Counted from the first letter of the stretch, positions 11,540 to 23,060 are shown. The stretch is 64,000 bases of DNA from Octopus sinensis (GCF_006345805.1 NC_042998.1:206460001-206524000); one strand, 5' to 3'. The notes: generated from the sequence alone by a model not told the origin. Program-made: numbers and translations.

Positions 11540-11722
11540 AAGAAACACAACAAGTAAAAACAACAATGCGAGGACATAGTATGTGTAAAATATTAGCAGA
11601 CGCTAAGGGAAGGAAGGAAAGGTTGGTTTACGTTTCGAGCAAACGCTCTTCTTCAGAAGCAAGAGACAGAGGAAAGTCCATGAGAAAGAGAAGACATAGG
11701 AAAAAAAAAATCGCCAACAATC
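11540..11722 (-). mobile_element. Short non-autonomous repeat with hammerhead motif (Penelope-terminus-like family H2)
   Basis: Homologous to 62757-62955 and 63388-63590 (CAACAATGCGAGGAC..AAAAAATCGCCAAC). Confidence 0.7.
11625..11660 (-). ncRNA. Minimal type I hammerhead ribozyme motif
   Basis: GCUU-CUGAAGA-A-GAGC(GUUU)GCUC-GAAA-CG-UA-AACC: core and stem II intact, stem I weak. Confidence 0.6.
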
Positions 11723-11936
11723 CATATTTATGCACATAAGTACATATATACCAGGTTGAGGAAAAAGTTTGTGCACCGTGTTAAAATAACGATCTTTTAA
11801 GCAAGAATTTATTCAAAAACAACCATTCTTCAATATGTATGTATGTGTGTGTGTGTGTGCACACACACACAAGTACATATATATGTTTGTATTTATATAC
11901 AGACAAACACAAGTACATATATATATATATATATAT

Positions 11937-12345
11937 ATCATCATCATCATTTAACGTCCGTTCTCCATGCTAGCATGGGTTGGACAGTTCGACCGGGATC
12001 TGGGAAGCCAGGAAGCTGCACCAGGCCCAGTCTGATTGGCAGTGTTTCTACAGCTGGATGCTCTTCCTAACGCCAACTACTCCATGAGTGTAGTGGGTAC
12101 TTTTTATGTGCCACCTGCACAGGTGCCAGGCAAGGCAGGCAACAGCCACGATCGGATTGGTGCATTTTACATGCCACCGGCACAGAAGCCAGTCGAGGCG
12201 GCACTGGCATCAGCCACGATTCGGATAGCGCTTTTTACGTGCCACCGGCACGGAAGCCAATCTAGGTGGCGCTGGCATCGGCCACCTTCAGATGATGCTG
12301 TTTACGTGCCACCGGCTCAGGGATCACAACTGCAGTTTCCATTGA
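11937..12345 (-). mobile_element. SINE-like family B with ~65 bp internal tandem units
   Basis: Family B signature plus three to four GTGCCACCGGCAC..GGTGCTTTTTAC units. Confidence 0.9.
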
Positions 12346-12757
12346 TTTTGATGTTGGTGTCCTTGACTCAATGGATCTCTTCAAATACACTTAAGTACAT
12401 ATATATTTATACATATATACACATATGTACATATATGTGTATACACACACATGTACACACACAAACACACATATACATGCGCACACACACATATATATAC
12501 ACGCACGCACACACACGTGACATGCTCACACATGGTTTCCATATACCAAATCTACCCGCTAAGCTTTATTCATCCTGGGACTGTAGTTGAAGACACTTGC
12601 CCAAAGTGCCATGGAGTGGGACTGAACCTGGAACCACTTGGTTGGGAAGCAAGCTCCTCACCACAGAGCAACACAAAATATATTTGATCTGCACTTCTTG
12701 GATTAGTTTATGGAGATTTGGAAATAATTTTCTTTCTCATCCTCAGCAACCACTCAG

Positions 12758-12832
<75 letters not shown>

Positions 12833-12923
12833 ATATATAGGGAGGGAGAGGAGGAGAAAGAGCCATGTATGAAAGGAAAATGAAACCATCCATCCATACG
12901 ATTATCTGTAAAAATACAGACAT

Positions 12924-13084
12924 AGGTGCAGGAGTGGCTGGGTCGTAAGTAGCTTGTTTACCAACCACATGGTTCCAGGTTCAGTCCCACTGCGTGGCAC
13001 CTTCGGCAAGTGTCTCCTACTATAGCCTCGCGCTGACCAAAGTCTTGAGTGGATTTGGTAGACAGAAACTGAAAGAAGCCCGTC

Positions 13085-13128
<44 letters not shown>

Positions 13129-13372
13129 ATATATATATATGTATGTGTATGTTTATGTGTCTGTGTTTGTCCCGTCCCCTCCCCACCCAACATTATTTGA
13201 CAAGCGATGCTGGTGTGTTTACATCCCCATAACTTAGCAGTTCAGCAAAAGAGCCCAATAGAATAAGTACTAGGCTTACAAAGAATAAGTCCTGGGTTCG
13301 ATTTGCTCGACGAAAGCCAGTGCTCCAGCAAGGCCACAGTCAACTGACTGAAACAAGTAAAAGAATAAAAGA
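12924..13372 (+). mobile_element. tRNA-derived SINE family A
   Basis: Same head, body and tail as 9602-10005. Confidence 0.9.
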
Positions 13373-13646
13373 ATATATATTATTCTGCTTTATATCTATT
13401 TTTTAAAATTATACATTTTATCTTTTCCATTCATATTAATCTTACATACGCGCGCGTGTGTGTGTGTGTGTGTGTGTGAATGTTTGTGTGTATGTATGAG
13501 TGTGTGTGAGAGAGAGAGAGAGAGTGTGTGCGTGTGTGTGTGTGTGTGTGTGTTTGGGTGTTTATAGATATAAGAAGTTGACAAATAGCTTCTTAATGCA
13601 TCTACTGATGCAGCTGCAAATTCCGTTTGACTGCAATGAGCTACAA

Positions 13647-13665
13647 AATGCAGCAGGTGGCAGCG
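13647..13665 (+). promoter_or_regulatory. Candidate CTCF-like site
   Basis: GCAGCAGGTGGCAGC, one mismatch from the CCAGCAGGTGGCAGC core, in non-repeat sequence. Confidence 0.25.
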
Positions 13666-13882
13666 ACGTAGTCTAGTTCCATTGCTTCAAGTTTGCCATT
13701 GTCGTGGAGAGATGAGGCGAGAGAGATGAAGAGGAGAAAGCGAGATGGCTAAACACGGGGATAATTGGTTGAGCACTAATGTCTGTACACAGATACAGAT
13801 ATGGAGACGGAAAGAGATGGAGAAGGAAAAAAAAATGAAAGCATCCATCAATCCATATAATTATCTGTATAAATACAGACAT

Positions 13883-14675
13883 AGGTGCAGGGGGGGCTGT
13901 GTGGTAAGAAGCTCGCTTACCAACCCCACGGTTCCAGGTTCAGTCCCACTGTGTGGCACCATAAGCAAGTGTCTTCTACTATAGACCTGGGCCTTGGATT
14001 TGGTGTCTTCTGCATCTGTGTGTATATATTTATATATATATATATTTTCTCTCCCTGTTTATTTCTGTGTTCCTTTCTGTTGAAGAGCATAGGCTCAAAA
14101 CATAAAAGACTTTCTCACTTCCTGAGCGTTAAACCAATACATCTCTTTGTTGTTTACACACTTATCTTCATCTTTTGTTTTCTTGTACATATATTCTTTA
14201 AATATATATATATATATATAACCCATGCTAGCATGGAAAACGGACGTAAAATGATGATGATGATATATATATAATCAAAATAAGCAACAAGGATATCCAG
14301 AGGTAATGCAGTATGACTGTTTCATATTCACTGAATCTAAATTTTACTGAATATATATATATATATGTGTGTACACCTCCACCGCTTCAAGTGTCTTCTA
14401 TTATAGACTTGGGAGTGTATTTGATAGATGGAAACTGAAAGAAGCCTGTTGCATACATATATGTATGTCTGTGTTTGTCCCTCCATCCTGCCCACCACTA
14501 TTGCTTGACAACCAATGTTGGCATGTTTACATCTCTATAACTTAGTGGTTTGGCAAAAGAGACCAATAGAATAAGTACTAGGCTTACAAAGAATAAGATC
14601 TGGGGTCGGTTTGTTCAACTAAAAGTGGTGCTCCAGCATGGCCGCAGTAAAAATAACTGAAACAAGTAAAAGAAA
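13883..14675 (+). mobile_element. Family A SINE head (13883-13995) and body/tail (14383-14675) separated by other repeats
   Basis: Recognisable family A blocks. Confidence 0.7.
14273..14350 (+). mobile_element. Internally deleted derivative of the 6.3 kb fold-back element
   Basis: ATCAAAATAAGCAACAAGGATATCCAGAGGTAATGCAG..TTTCATA joined to TTCACTGAATCTAAATTTT, which matches 6738-6757. Confidence 0.75.
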
Positions 14676-14692
14676 TATAAGGAAAAAAACAT

Positions 14693-15075
14693 ACATCATC
14701 ATCATTTAACATTTGCTTTCCATGCTGGCATGGGTTGGCCAGTTTGACTGAGGATTGGCAAACCAGAAGGCTGTACCAGGCTCCAATCTGATCTGGCAAG
14801 CTTTCTGCAGCACAGGAGCCAATCAGATGGCACTGGCATCAGCCTCGCTCATATGGCGCCTTTTACGTGCCACTAGCACAGGTGCCAGTCAGGCAGCACT
14901 GGCATCGGCTACATTTGAATGGTGCCTTTTACATACCACTGGCACAGGAGCCAGTCAGGTGGCACTGGTATTGACCATGTTTGTATGGTGCTTTTTACAT
15001 GCCACCAGCATGAGTGTCATTTGCATGACACCAGTATCAGGCACGACTGCAATTTTGCTTGGCTTGAGGGGTTTT
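14693..15075 (-). mobile_element. SINE-like family B with internal tandem units
   Basis: Family B signature. Confidence 0.85.
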
Positions 15076-15139
15076 CTTCTCAAACCTGACATAATGACAA
15101 AGCTTTTAGTCTCTGCAAGGCCCAACGCTCAAAAGGAAC

Positions 15140-15520
15140 ACTATTTACATTTGACAGATATTTGCCCTCATCTTGTTTGTTGTTAACACAATGTTTCGGC
15201 TGATATCCAACCAGTTTTCATCAGGTATTTGGGGGAAATTTCAAACCTGGGTTCTCATTCCTAAGCTATTTTTTGATATTATTATTATTATTATTATTAT
15301 TATCTCATCATCATCATTGTTTAACGTCCGCTTTCCATGCTAGCATGGGTTGAATGGTTCAACTGGGGTCTGGGAAGCCAGAAGGCTGCACCAGGCTCCA
15401 GTCAGATCTGGCAGTGTTTCTACAGCTAGATCCCCCTCCTAACGCCAACCACTCCGTCAAATATAAATAATGTACATAATTCCTCATCTCTTAAATATAG
15501 AACTATACTAGAAAGGAACT
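15140..15520. mobile_element. Rearranged copy of the tRNA-HHR inverted element (family H1), interrupted by a family B SINE (15303-15460)
   Basis: 15140-15300 matches the left arm at 52580-52745; 15457-15510 matches the right terminus at 53055-53103. Confidence 0.75.
15185..15229 (-). ncRNA. Degenerate hammerhead motif
   Basis: AAUAC-CUGAUGA-A-AACUG..CAGCC-GAAA-CA-UU-GUGUU; stem II has two mismatches. Confidence 0.45.
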
Positions 15521-15791
15521 CAGCCACTTTGCCTCCGTTAAACAGAAAGTAAACAGTGAAAAAGTTATTTAAAAAACTGGTGGGGGTGCATGGGGTGTAC
15601 TGTTGGTGAATTTCGGGAAGCCTGGATGTTTTGAAGAATGTAATGTCCCAACAGCTAACAACCGATGTGGGTAGTTTATTCCATGCTTCAGCCATTCTGA
15701 GTGTGAAAAAATGTTCCTGAAAGTCATGGGGTGCTGTGTTGTTTTTTGATTTTGTAAGCAGGTCCATGGGTGTTGGACATACGGAATTCAA
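15520..15791 (-). pseudogene. CR1-type LINE ORF2 3' fragment
   Basis: Translation HFFTLRMAEAWNKLPTSVV matches the C-terminal FF..RV...WN.LP..VV motif of CR1/L2 ORF2. Confidence 0.8.
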
Positions 15792-16232
15792 AAAGGTGCC
15801 TGAAATTGTTGGAAAGATGGTGGATGAAATAACAAAAGAATAAACTCTAAAATAGTTGTTGAATCAACAAATAGATTCACAAATGAATGGAGGTGAATTG
15901 TGTGTTCAATGTTTGCAGTGGTTTATCTTTAGATATGAACTTTAAAACTGGCAAACGAACAGAGAGGATATTTGTCAGGCTGAGAGCAGAGAGGTGTTAT
16001 TAACCAGGTGAGGAACAGTTTGTTAGTAAATAAACTTTGTTTTGTAATGAAAGGAGCTGAAAGACTGCTTTCTACACGGGCAATATACGATTGTTAAGAG
16101 GATGTAGCACATGTGCGCGCATGGGATGTGGGTGGGTGAATTCTTACGAGTAAAGAAGCAGGGGAAAAGAGAAGACAACAGATAAACATTAGAACACTAG
16201 GTCCATTATGTTTTATGTATATATATAAATAT

Positions 16233-16626
16233 ACTAGCAGTATCGCCCGGAGTTGCTCAGGTTTGTTTCGACCGTTTAGAATTGGAATTTTTGAAAAGTA
16301 AAAATTTTGCATAATGTAGCTTGTTATTCTCTTTAAGTGAACATTTTTCTGGTTGAAATACACCGAAAAATGGCAACACAGCAGTCAAAAAATCGTAAAA
16401 AAATAGGGATTTTCATAGAAAAAAACCCACCTTTTTGATGTAAATAATTTTTGGTTTTAACATGGTCCGATTTGAATTTTTTCTTCTACAGAAGGAAGAG
16501 CAAGCCTTCTTCTATCATACTCTCAATTTTGGTCAACTTGCGCCACAGGGTCTCGGAGGAGATAGTGTCAGTTGAAGGCCACCAAACCTGCCATACACAG
16601 ACAATTTCAGCATTATATATATAGAG
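16233..16626 (+). mobile_element. Non-autonomous Helitron/Helentron-like element
   Basis: Starts ACTAGCAGTATCGCCCGGAGTTGCTCAGGTTTGT, ends CACAGAC..TTATATATATAGA inside a TA tract; same 5' end as 43920. Confidence 0.6.
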
Positions 16627-16974
16627 AGAGATATATATAACTCCAAGAAAGTTAGAGGTTGTGAATCCAACTAAGGGATAGTATCTATCCAATATACTGC
16701 TGGTAGAATACCAAATTATTAATACACCAGGGTTGGTTATTGCGTGACAATTACACTATTGAGTGTAATAAATGGGTGAGGGTAAGAAGTGGTTTTACCC
16801 TTAAATTATACGGCAAAAAGAAAATGGAGGGGATCCTGAGATGCTTCAACTGTTAGACACAATATAATGTCTATTTATTTATTTTAAACAATTCTGAGAA
16901 TATATAAACACGTGTAAAGATTGTGTTTTACATATATAAGTAATTTCTAGAACAGAGAAATGTATTCTTGTATT

Positions 16975-17202
16975 TTTTTATTTGTTTCAGTCATTTGACT
17001 GCGGCCATGCTGGAGCACCACCTTTAGTTGAACAAATCGACCCTAGGACTCATTCTTTGTAAGCCTAGTACATATTCTATTGGGTCTCTTTTGTTGAACC
17101 GCTAAGTTACAGGGATGTAAACACACCAGCATCGTTTGTCAAGCAATGTTGTGGGGACAAACACAGACACACAAACATATAAACACACACACACACATAC
17201 AT

Positions 17203-17215
<13 letters not shown>
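16975..17215 (-). mobile_element. Family A SINE 3' half
   Basis: TGTTTCAGTCATTTGACTGCGGCCATGCTGGAGCACC.. Confidence 0.88.
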
Positions 17216-17266
<51 letters not shown>

Positions 17267-17274
17267 TAAATAAA

Positions 17275-17445
17275 CCACTCTCGGAGTGGTTGGCATTAGG
17301 AAGGGCATCCAACTGTAGAAACATTGCCAGATCAGATCGGAGCCTGGTGCAGCCTCCTGGTTTGCCAGTCCCCAGTCAAACTGTCCAACCCATGCCAGCA
17401 TTGGAAAACTGACGTTAAATGCTGCTGCTGCTGATGATGATGATA
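17275..17445 (+). mobile_element. SINE-like family B 3' part
   Basis: Family B signature; a further fragment at 17540-17625. Confidence 0.85.
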
Positions 17446-17869
17446 AATAGGTATATAATTATAATGAGGTGGGGGGGGGCACGTTTGGGTTCTGAAAATG
17501 AACACCTTAATATGTGATGGTTTGCATGATAGAATCAGGGCCTAGTGCAGCCTCCTGGCTTCCCAGACCCCAGTAGAACCATCCAACCCAGGATGGAAAA
17601 TGGATGTTAAACGACGATGATGATGCTGATGAACCAGGTGGATTTGGTTTGGCATGAAACAGGCGTAGGGTACCTAAAGGGTTAACAATCAATTCCAGTA
17701 ATGTTTGTGCTGTGATGTAGAATGAATTTGGTGAATATTAAGTGAGATATCTGTGCAACTGGAAACATGTGAGTGAGTCAGTGAGGAATTATGAAGAGAC
17801 AGGGTGAGTCTTTCTTGTAAATCTCCATATTTCTTCCTGGCAAATCCGACAGGTGTTTGTTGGTGAGGA

Positions 17870-18720
17870 GAGAAACCGAGAAGCATTTGGGAGAGAAATG
17901 TATATAGATAGATATAGATATATATATTGAAAGAAAGAGAGAGGAGGAAAGAAGACGAGAGAGAGAGAGTGAATAAGATATTGAAGGGGAGAGAGAGAGA
18001 GAGAAAAGCAAAGGACAAGAGAGAGGGGGAAATAAAGAAGAGAAAGACAAAAGAGAGTAAGACATTGAAAGGGAGAGAGAGGAAGAAAAAGCAAAAGACG
18101 AGAGAGAGAGAGAGTGAATAAGATATTGAAGAGGAGAGAAAGAAAAAGCGAATGAAGATGAGAGAGAGACAGAGAGAGAGGAGAGAAAGAGTAAAACATT
18201 GAGGGAAAGAGAGAAAGAGAAAAGAAAGAAGACAAGAGAGAGAGAGAGAGAATAAGAATATTGAGGGGGAGAGAGAAAGAGAAAGTGAATGAAAAAGACA
18301 AAGAAAGAGAGAGAAAGGAGAAGAAAATGAAGAAGACAGAGAAACAAAGAAAGAAAGAATAAGAAAAGGGAAAGTAGAGAGAAAAGAAATGGAAGATTCA
18401 GGCAGAAGGAAGGAGAGTGGTAGGTGTGGGGGGAGGAGAGAGGAGTGGAAAGATTAAGAATGGAGGAAAAAAAAAAGTGGGGGGGATGATAAAATGAAGA
18501 AAAACAAACCTTTAGAAGTGAATGAAGAATATGGAGAAAATGTGTGAATTAAAAGAGATATTAGTGAAGAAAAATGGTTGAATGTGGAATGAGAAAATAT
18601 ATCAGCAGAGAACGCAGAAATGGAAGAGGAGAAAATGTTTAAAGAAAAAAGGGGGGAAAAAACAAAAACAAAAAAAAACAGATGGAAATAAAAGAAATAA
18701 AAAAAGTTGAAAACAATGTA
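17870..18720. repeat. Long polypurine (GA-rich) tract
   Basis: About 850 bp almost entirely G/A on the + strand. Confidence 0.9.
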
Positions 18721-19959
18721 GGAAAGAAAGCAAATGCAAAACCATGCTATTTGGAATTCCATAAACGGTAAATATGGTTTTGACAGAATTATTGTCTCCA
18801 TGTAGCAGGACATTAGATTCCAGCATTGATGTTGGAGTGAAACAACAGGTTCAACATCATCATCATCATCATCATCATCGTTTTAACGTCCACTTTTCCA
18901 TGCTAGCATGGGTGGGATGGAATTTGCTGTGACAGATCTTCTATGACCAAATGCGCTTCCTATCACCAACCTTTACCGGTTTCTCAGCAAGGTAATACTT
19001 ACCTCTACCTCGACGAATTATTAGAATTGATTGACACTGCTGGTATAACAGTGAAGCTCATTTACAACTATCATGTAATGACAGGACAAGACACAAGAAC
19101 ATACACAATGATGATGATATACGGGCTTCTTTCAGTTTCCATCTCCTCAAATCCACTCACAAGACTTTGGTTGGCCTAAGACAATAGTATAAGACATCCA
19201 AGGTTCTGCACAGTTAAATAGAACTTGGAACCACATGGCTGGAAAGCAAACTTCTTAAACAAGCCACCCTGCTTCCATCTACCTATGTATATACTGACAC
19301 AATACCTTGCTAGCAATCACCCCCACACACACACACAAGAATTTTTTGCATAATAAGATAAAAAAAACCAAGGCTGTGTAGATATTAGAGCATTTATAGA
19401 TAGGTCCTACAGCTGTTTCTAGAATATTTATTAATTATATCCCTTCATCGGAGACGGTGTGAGAGGAGAAATTAAGTCATAGTTGGTCTGTCTATAGCAC
19501 TTATTCAGCATTACCTGACACCTTTGGGTCTCAATGACACCATTATCTCATATATATATACATATATATACACACATATATGGTGTGTTATGAGAATTTA
19601 TGGAAAGTATCCCCTAGAAACTCAACAAATATGTTAAAAATGGAGAAGAGAAGATGTTAAAATTTGAAAGAATTTTAATACTTGCATATGATCGTTTCAA
19701 ACAGTGATATCAACATGTAAATAACATGGTAGAATAATTAAAAATAATTAAATTAAATTAATTACATATTGCTGTTCTCCTCAGTTCAAGGAGTATACAA
19801 CAAGAATTATTATTATTACAGAAGACCTGATGAAGGAAATAACAGATAACAAAATCTGGATGAACGTATTTTATCCTTATGGAAAATTGAGAGGGTAATA
19901 AAAAGCATTGTTGGGTGTAGCTGTGTATAAACTAAAATAAACACACACACGTAATGCAT

Positions 19960-20394
19960 GCATGCATGATGCATGCATGTATGTGCATGCATGTGCATGC
20001 ATGCATGCATTCATGATACATACATACATACATAATACATATACATACATACATACATACATACATACATACATACTACATACATACATACATACATAAT
20101 ACATACATACATCATACATACATACATACATACTACATACATACATACATACATACATACATACATACATACTACATACATATAATACATACATACTACA
20201 TACATACATACATACATACAGACATACATATATATATACATACATATACATATACATATACATACATACATAATATACATACATACATACATACATACAT
20301 ACTACATACATACATACATACTACATATACATACATACATACATACATACATACATACATACATACATACATACATACATACATACATACTACA

Positions 20395-20426
<32 letters not shown>

Positions 20427-20510
20427 CATACATACAACATACATACATACATACATCATACATACATCATCATACATACATACATACATACATACATACT
20501 ACATACAACA
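19960..20510. repeat. (ATGC)n then (ATAC)n microsatellite
   Basis: Direct inspection. Confidence 0.97.
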
Positions 20511-20940
20511 TGACTACGTGTGTGTATGGGTCTATGTGAGTGTATAATCAGACAACTAACAGCTGTTAATAATAGCAGACTTGGTGAAGTCAATGAAGCA
20601 TGAATGACCTTGTTTAGACTGGAAAGAATTGGGTTAGAAACAGTAAGAACATGGAATGATGAGGGTGGAGTGGGCGTTAGGGAGGGAGGGAGAGAGGGGG
20701 TGGAGAGAGCAGCAGCAGCATAGTTTTTGTTATTAGTTTGGCAGAATCATGTTGGAGAAGCAGACAGAATGTTTTGCACTCTGAGTTCAAATCCTGATGC
20801 TGTTGACTTCATCTTCCATTCTTCTGGGGTTGTTAAAATAAAGTACTATTGAAATCCTTTGAGGTTCATTTAATAGGCTGATTCCTTCCCCAAATGTTTG
20901 GCCTCTATGTGAGAAAATACTGCTGTTGTTGATATTATTA

Positions 20941-20974
<34 letters not shown>

Positions 20975-20976
<2 letters not shown>

Positions 20977-21250
20977 GCCGCCTCACTGGGATCCGTGTCG
21001 GTGGTACGTAAAAAGCACCAACCGATCGTGGCCATTTGCCAGCCTCCTCTGGCCCCTGTGCCGGTGGCACATAAAAGCACCCACTACACTCTTGGAGTGG
21101 TTGGTTTTAGGAAGGGCATCCAGCAGTAGAAACTCTGCCAGATCAAGATTGGAACCTGGTGCAGCCTCCTGGCTCTCCCAGACCCAGGTCGAACCGTCCA
21201 ACCCATGCTAGCATGGAAAACGGATGTTAAACGATGATGATGATGATGAT
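20975..21250 (+). mobile_element. SINE-like family B
   Basis: Family B signature with (GAT)n tail. Confidence 0.9.
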
Positions 21251-21846
21251 GTAAGCGGTCACACCTCTGTTGGTGCCACCAAACAGAACAGGATTGCACA
21301 AAGAAAATACAAACTGTGCCAGTCCAGAGCCTTCGGTCCCAGCGGCCCATCAGTGCCTGATATTCAACAGGGCCTTCTAAGCATACATCAGACTAATAGG
21401 TCAGCGCCAGACACCCCAATAGCTTGTTGTCTTCTTACATCTGTCCTTGGTCATCTTCGACAATGACAGATGAATATCATCATCATCATCATAATCATCA
21501 TCTCATCCATTGGTATTTGTTACAGCCCTTTATTTCCTAAGTGCAAGTTCCATTGAGGTCAACCTGACCCTTTATCCCTTTCAGGATCAATAAAATAAAT
21601 CACCACTCAAAGATTGGAGTGAATGTTATAGACTAACAAGTTGCTGCCCTCAAATGTGCTGGCCTTGTGTCAAAATCAGAAACCTTGATTCATCATCATT
21701 TTAACATCTACTTTTCCATGCTTGCCTGAGTCGGAGGGAGATAAGTACTGGGCTTCACTTGTTTGACTAAAAATAATTCAAGGTGATGCCCCAGCATGGC
21801 CACAGTCAAATGACTGAAAGAAAAGATAAAAGAAAGACACAACACA

Positions 21847-22256
21847 CATCATCATCATCGTCATTTAATGTCTGCTTTCCATGCTTGCATGGGTTGGACA
21901 GTTTGACTGAAGACTGGCGAGCCAGAACGCTGCACCAGGCTCCAATCTGATCTGGCATGGTTTTCTACAGCTGGATGCCCTTCCTAACGCCAACTACTCT
22001 GAGTGTAGTGGGTGCTTTTTATGTGCCACTGGCATGGGAGCCAGTCAGATGGCACTGGCATTGACCACTCTCGAATGGTGCCTTTTCTGTGCCACCGGCA
22101 TGGTAGCCAGTCAGACGGCACTGGCATCCACCATTCTTGAATGGTGCTTTATACATCATGTCACCGGCACAGGAGCTAGTCAGGTGACACTGGCATCGAC
22201 CAGTCTCGAAGGGTGCTTTTTATGTGCCACCGGCATGGGAGCCAGTCAGGTGACGC
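21847..22256 (-). mobile_element. SINE-like family B with internal tandem units
   Basis: Family B signature. Confidence 0.88.
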
Positions 22257-22361
22257 ATATCATATACTCACACAAACTCGATCCAAAGAGATACTGGAAT
22301 ACAAATCGTTGGCCTTAACAACCAGCGACAACCCCCATCCCTATCCCCCTCCGCCACGCAC

Positions 22362-22524
22362 CCATCATCTGCTCTGATTATGTAACGGTCGATGATGAAA
22401 GACGGTGCGTTTGCCTTCTGTGCTGCCTCTGCATCCATATTTGGATATCGGCTTTAATTCCTCAGGTAGAAATGGATTTAAAAGATGTCCACCTTTGATC
22501 TGTGCCAAGTTTCTGCGGTCGATA
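22362..22524 (-). other. Candidate exon (possible start MDAEAAQKANAPSFIIDRYIIRADD)
   Basis: Acceptor CCCCCCATTCCCAG, ATG in AATATGG context at 22438, donor GG/GTGCGT; no homology recognised. Confidence 0.25.
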
Positions 22525-22569
22525 CTGGGAATGGGGGGATGCGTTTTCTTAGCTTTGCAGAAGGAGTTG

Positions 22570-23060
22570 GCATGCTGGGCACGTGTGTGTGTGTTGTGTG
22601 TGTGTGTGTGTGTGTGAAGCTGTGTGTGTGAAGCTGTGTGTGTGAGGATGTGTGTGTGTGTGAGAGGATGTATGTGTGTGTGTGATGTGCACGTGTGTGT
22701 GTGTGTGTGTGAAGATGTGTGTGTGATGTGCACGTGTGTGTATGTGTGTGTGTGTGAAGGAGTGTGTGTGATGTGCACGTGTGTGTGTGTGTGAAGATGT
22801 GTGAGTGATGTGCACGTGTGTGTGTGTATGTGTGTGTGTGATGTGCACGTGTGTGAAGATGTGTGTGTGTGTGTGTGAAGGTGTGTGTGTGATGTGCGCT
22901 TGTGTATGTGTGAGGATGTGTGTGGTGTGTTCGTGGAAACATGTCTGTATGAGGATGCATGTGTGTATATGAGTATGTGTGTGTGAGGATTTGTGTTGTG
23001 TGTGTGAGTGTGTGTGTGTGTGTGTGTGGCTCCTGCATATGTCAATATATCTGCATATTC
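22570..23060. repeat. Complex (GT)n tract with recurrent GATGTGCACGTG units
   Basis: Direct inspection. Confidence 0.9.

Noticed and set aside
12020-12110. HDV-like ribozyme in the family B motif GGATGCCCTTCCTAACGCCAACC
   Set aside because: GGUUGG/CCAACC could form P1, but the GG for P1.1, the P2 partner and the J4/2 motif are not present.
17778-18347. Ser/Leu/Phe-rich minus-strand ORFs, including a CRICQEE word resembling a RING-CH start
   Set aside because: Antisense of a GA tract; the other RING ligands and a usable exon structure are absent.
19877-20489. Long ORFs such as MYVCMYVCM.. (also 24985-25377, 34815-36751, 38471-40437)
   Set aside because: Translations of (ATAC)/(AT)/(GATG) microsatellites with no protein-like complexity.
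21252-21466. ~70 open codons in unique sequence (VSGHTSVGATKQ..)
   Set aside because: No start codon or acceptor, directly abuts a SINE tail, and has no recognisable motif; compatible with chance.
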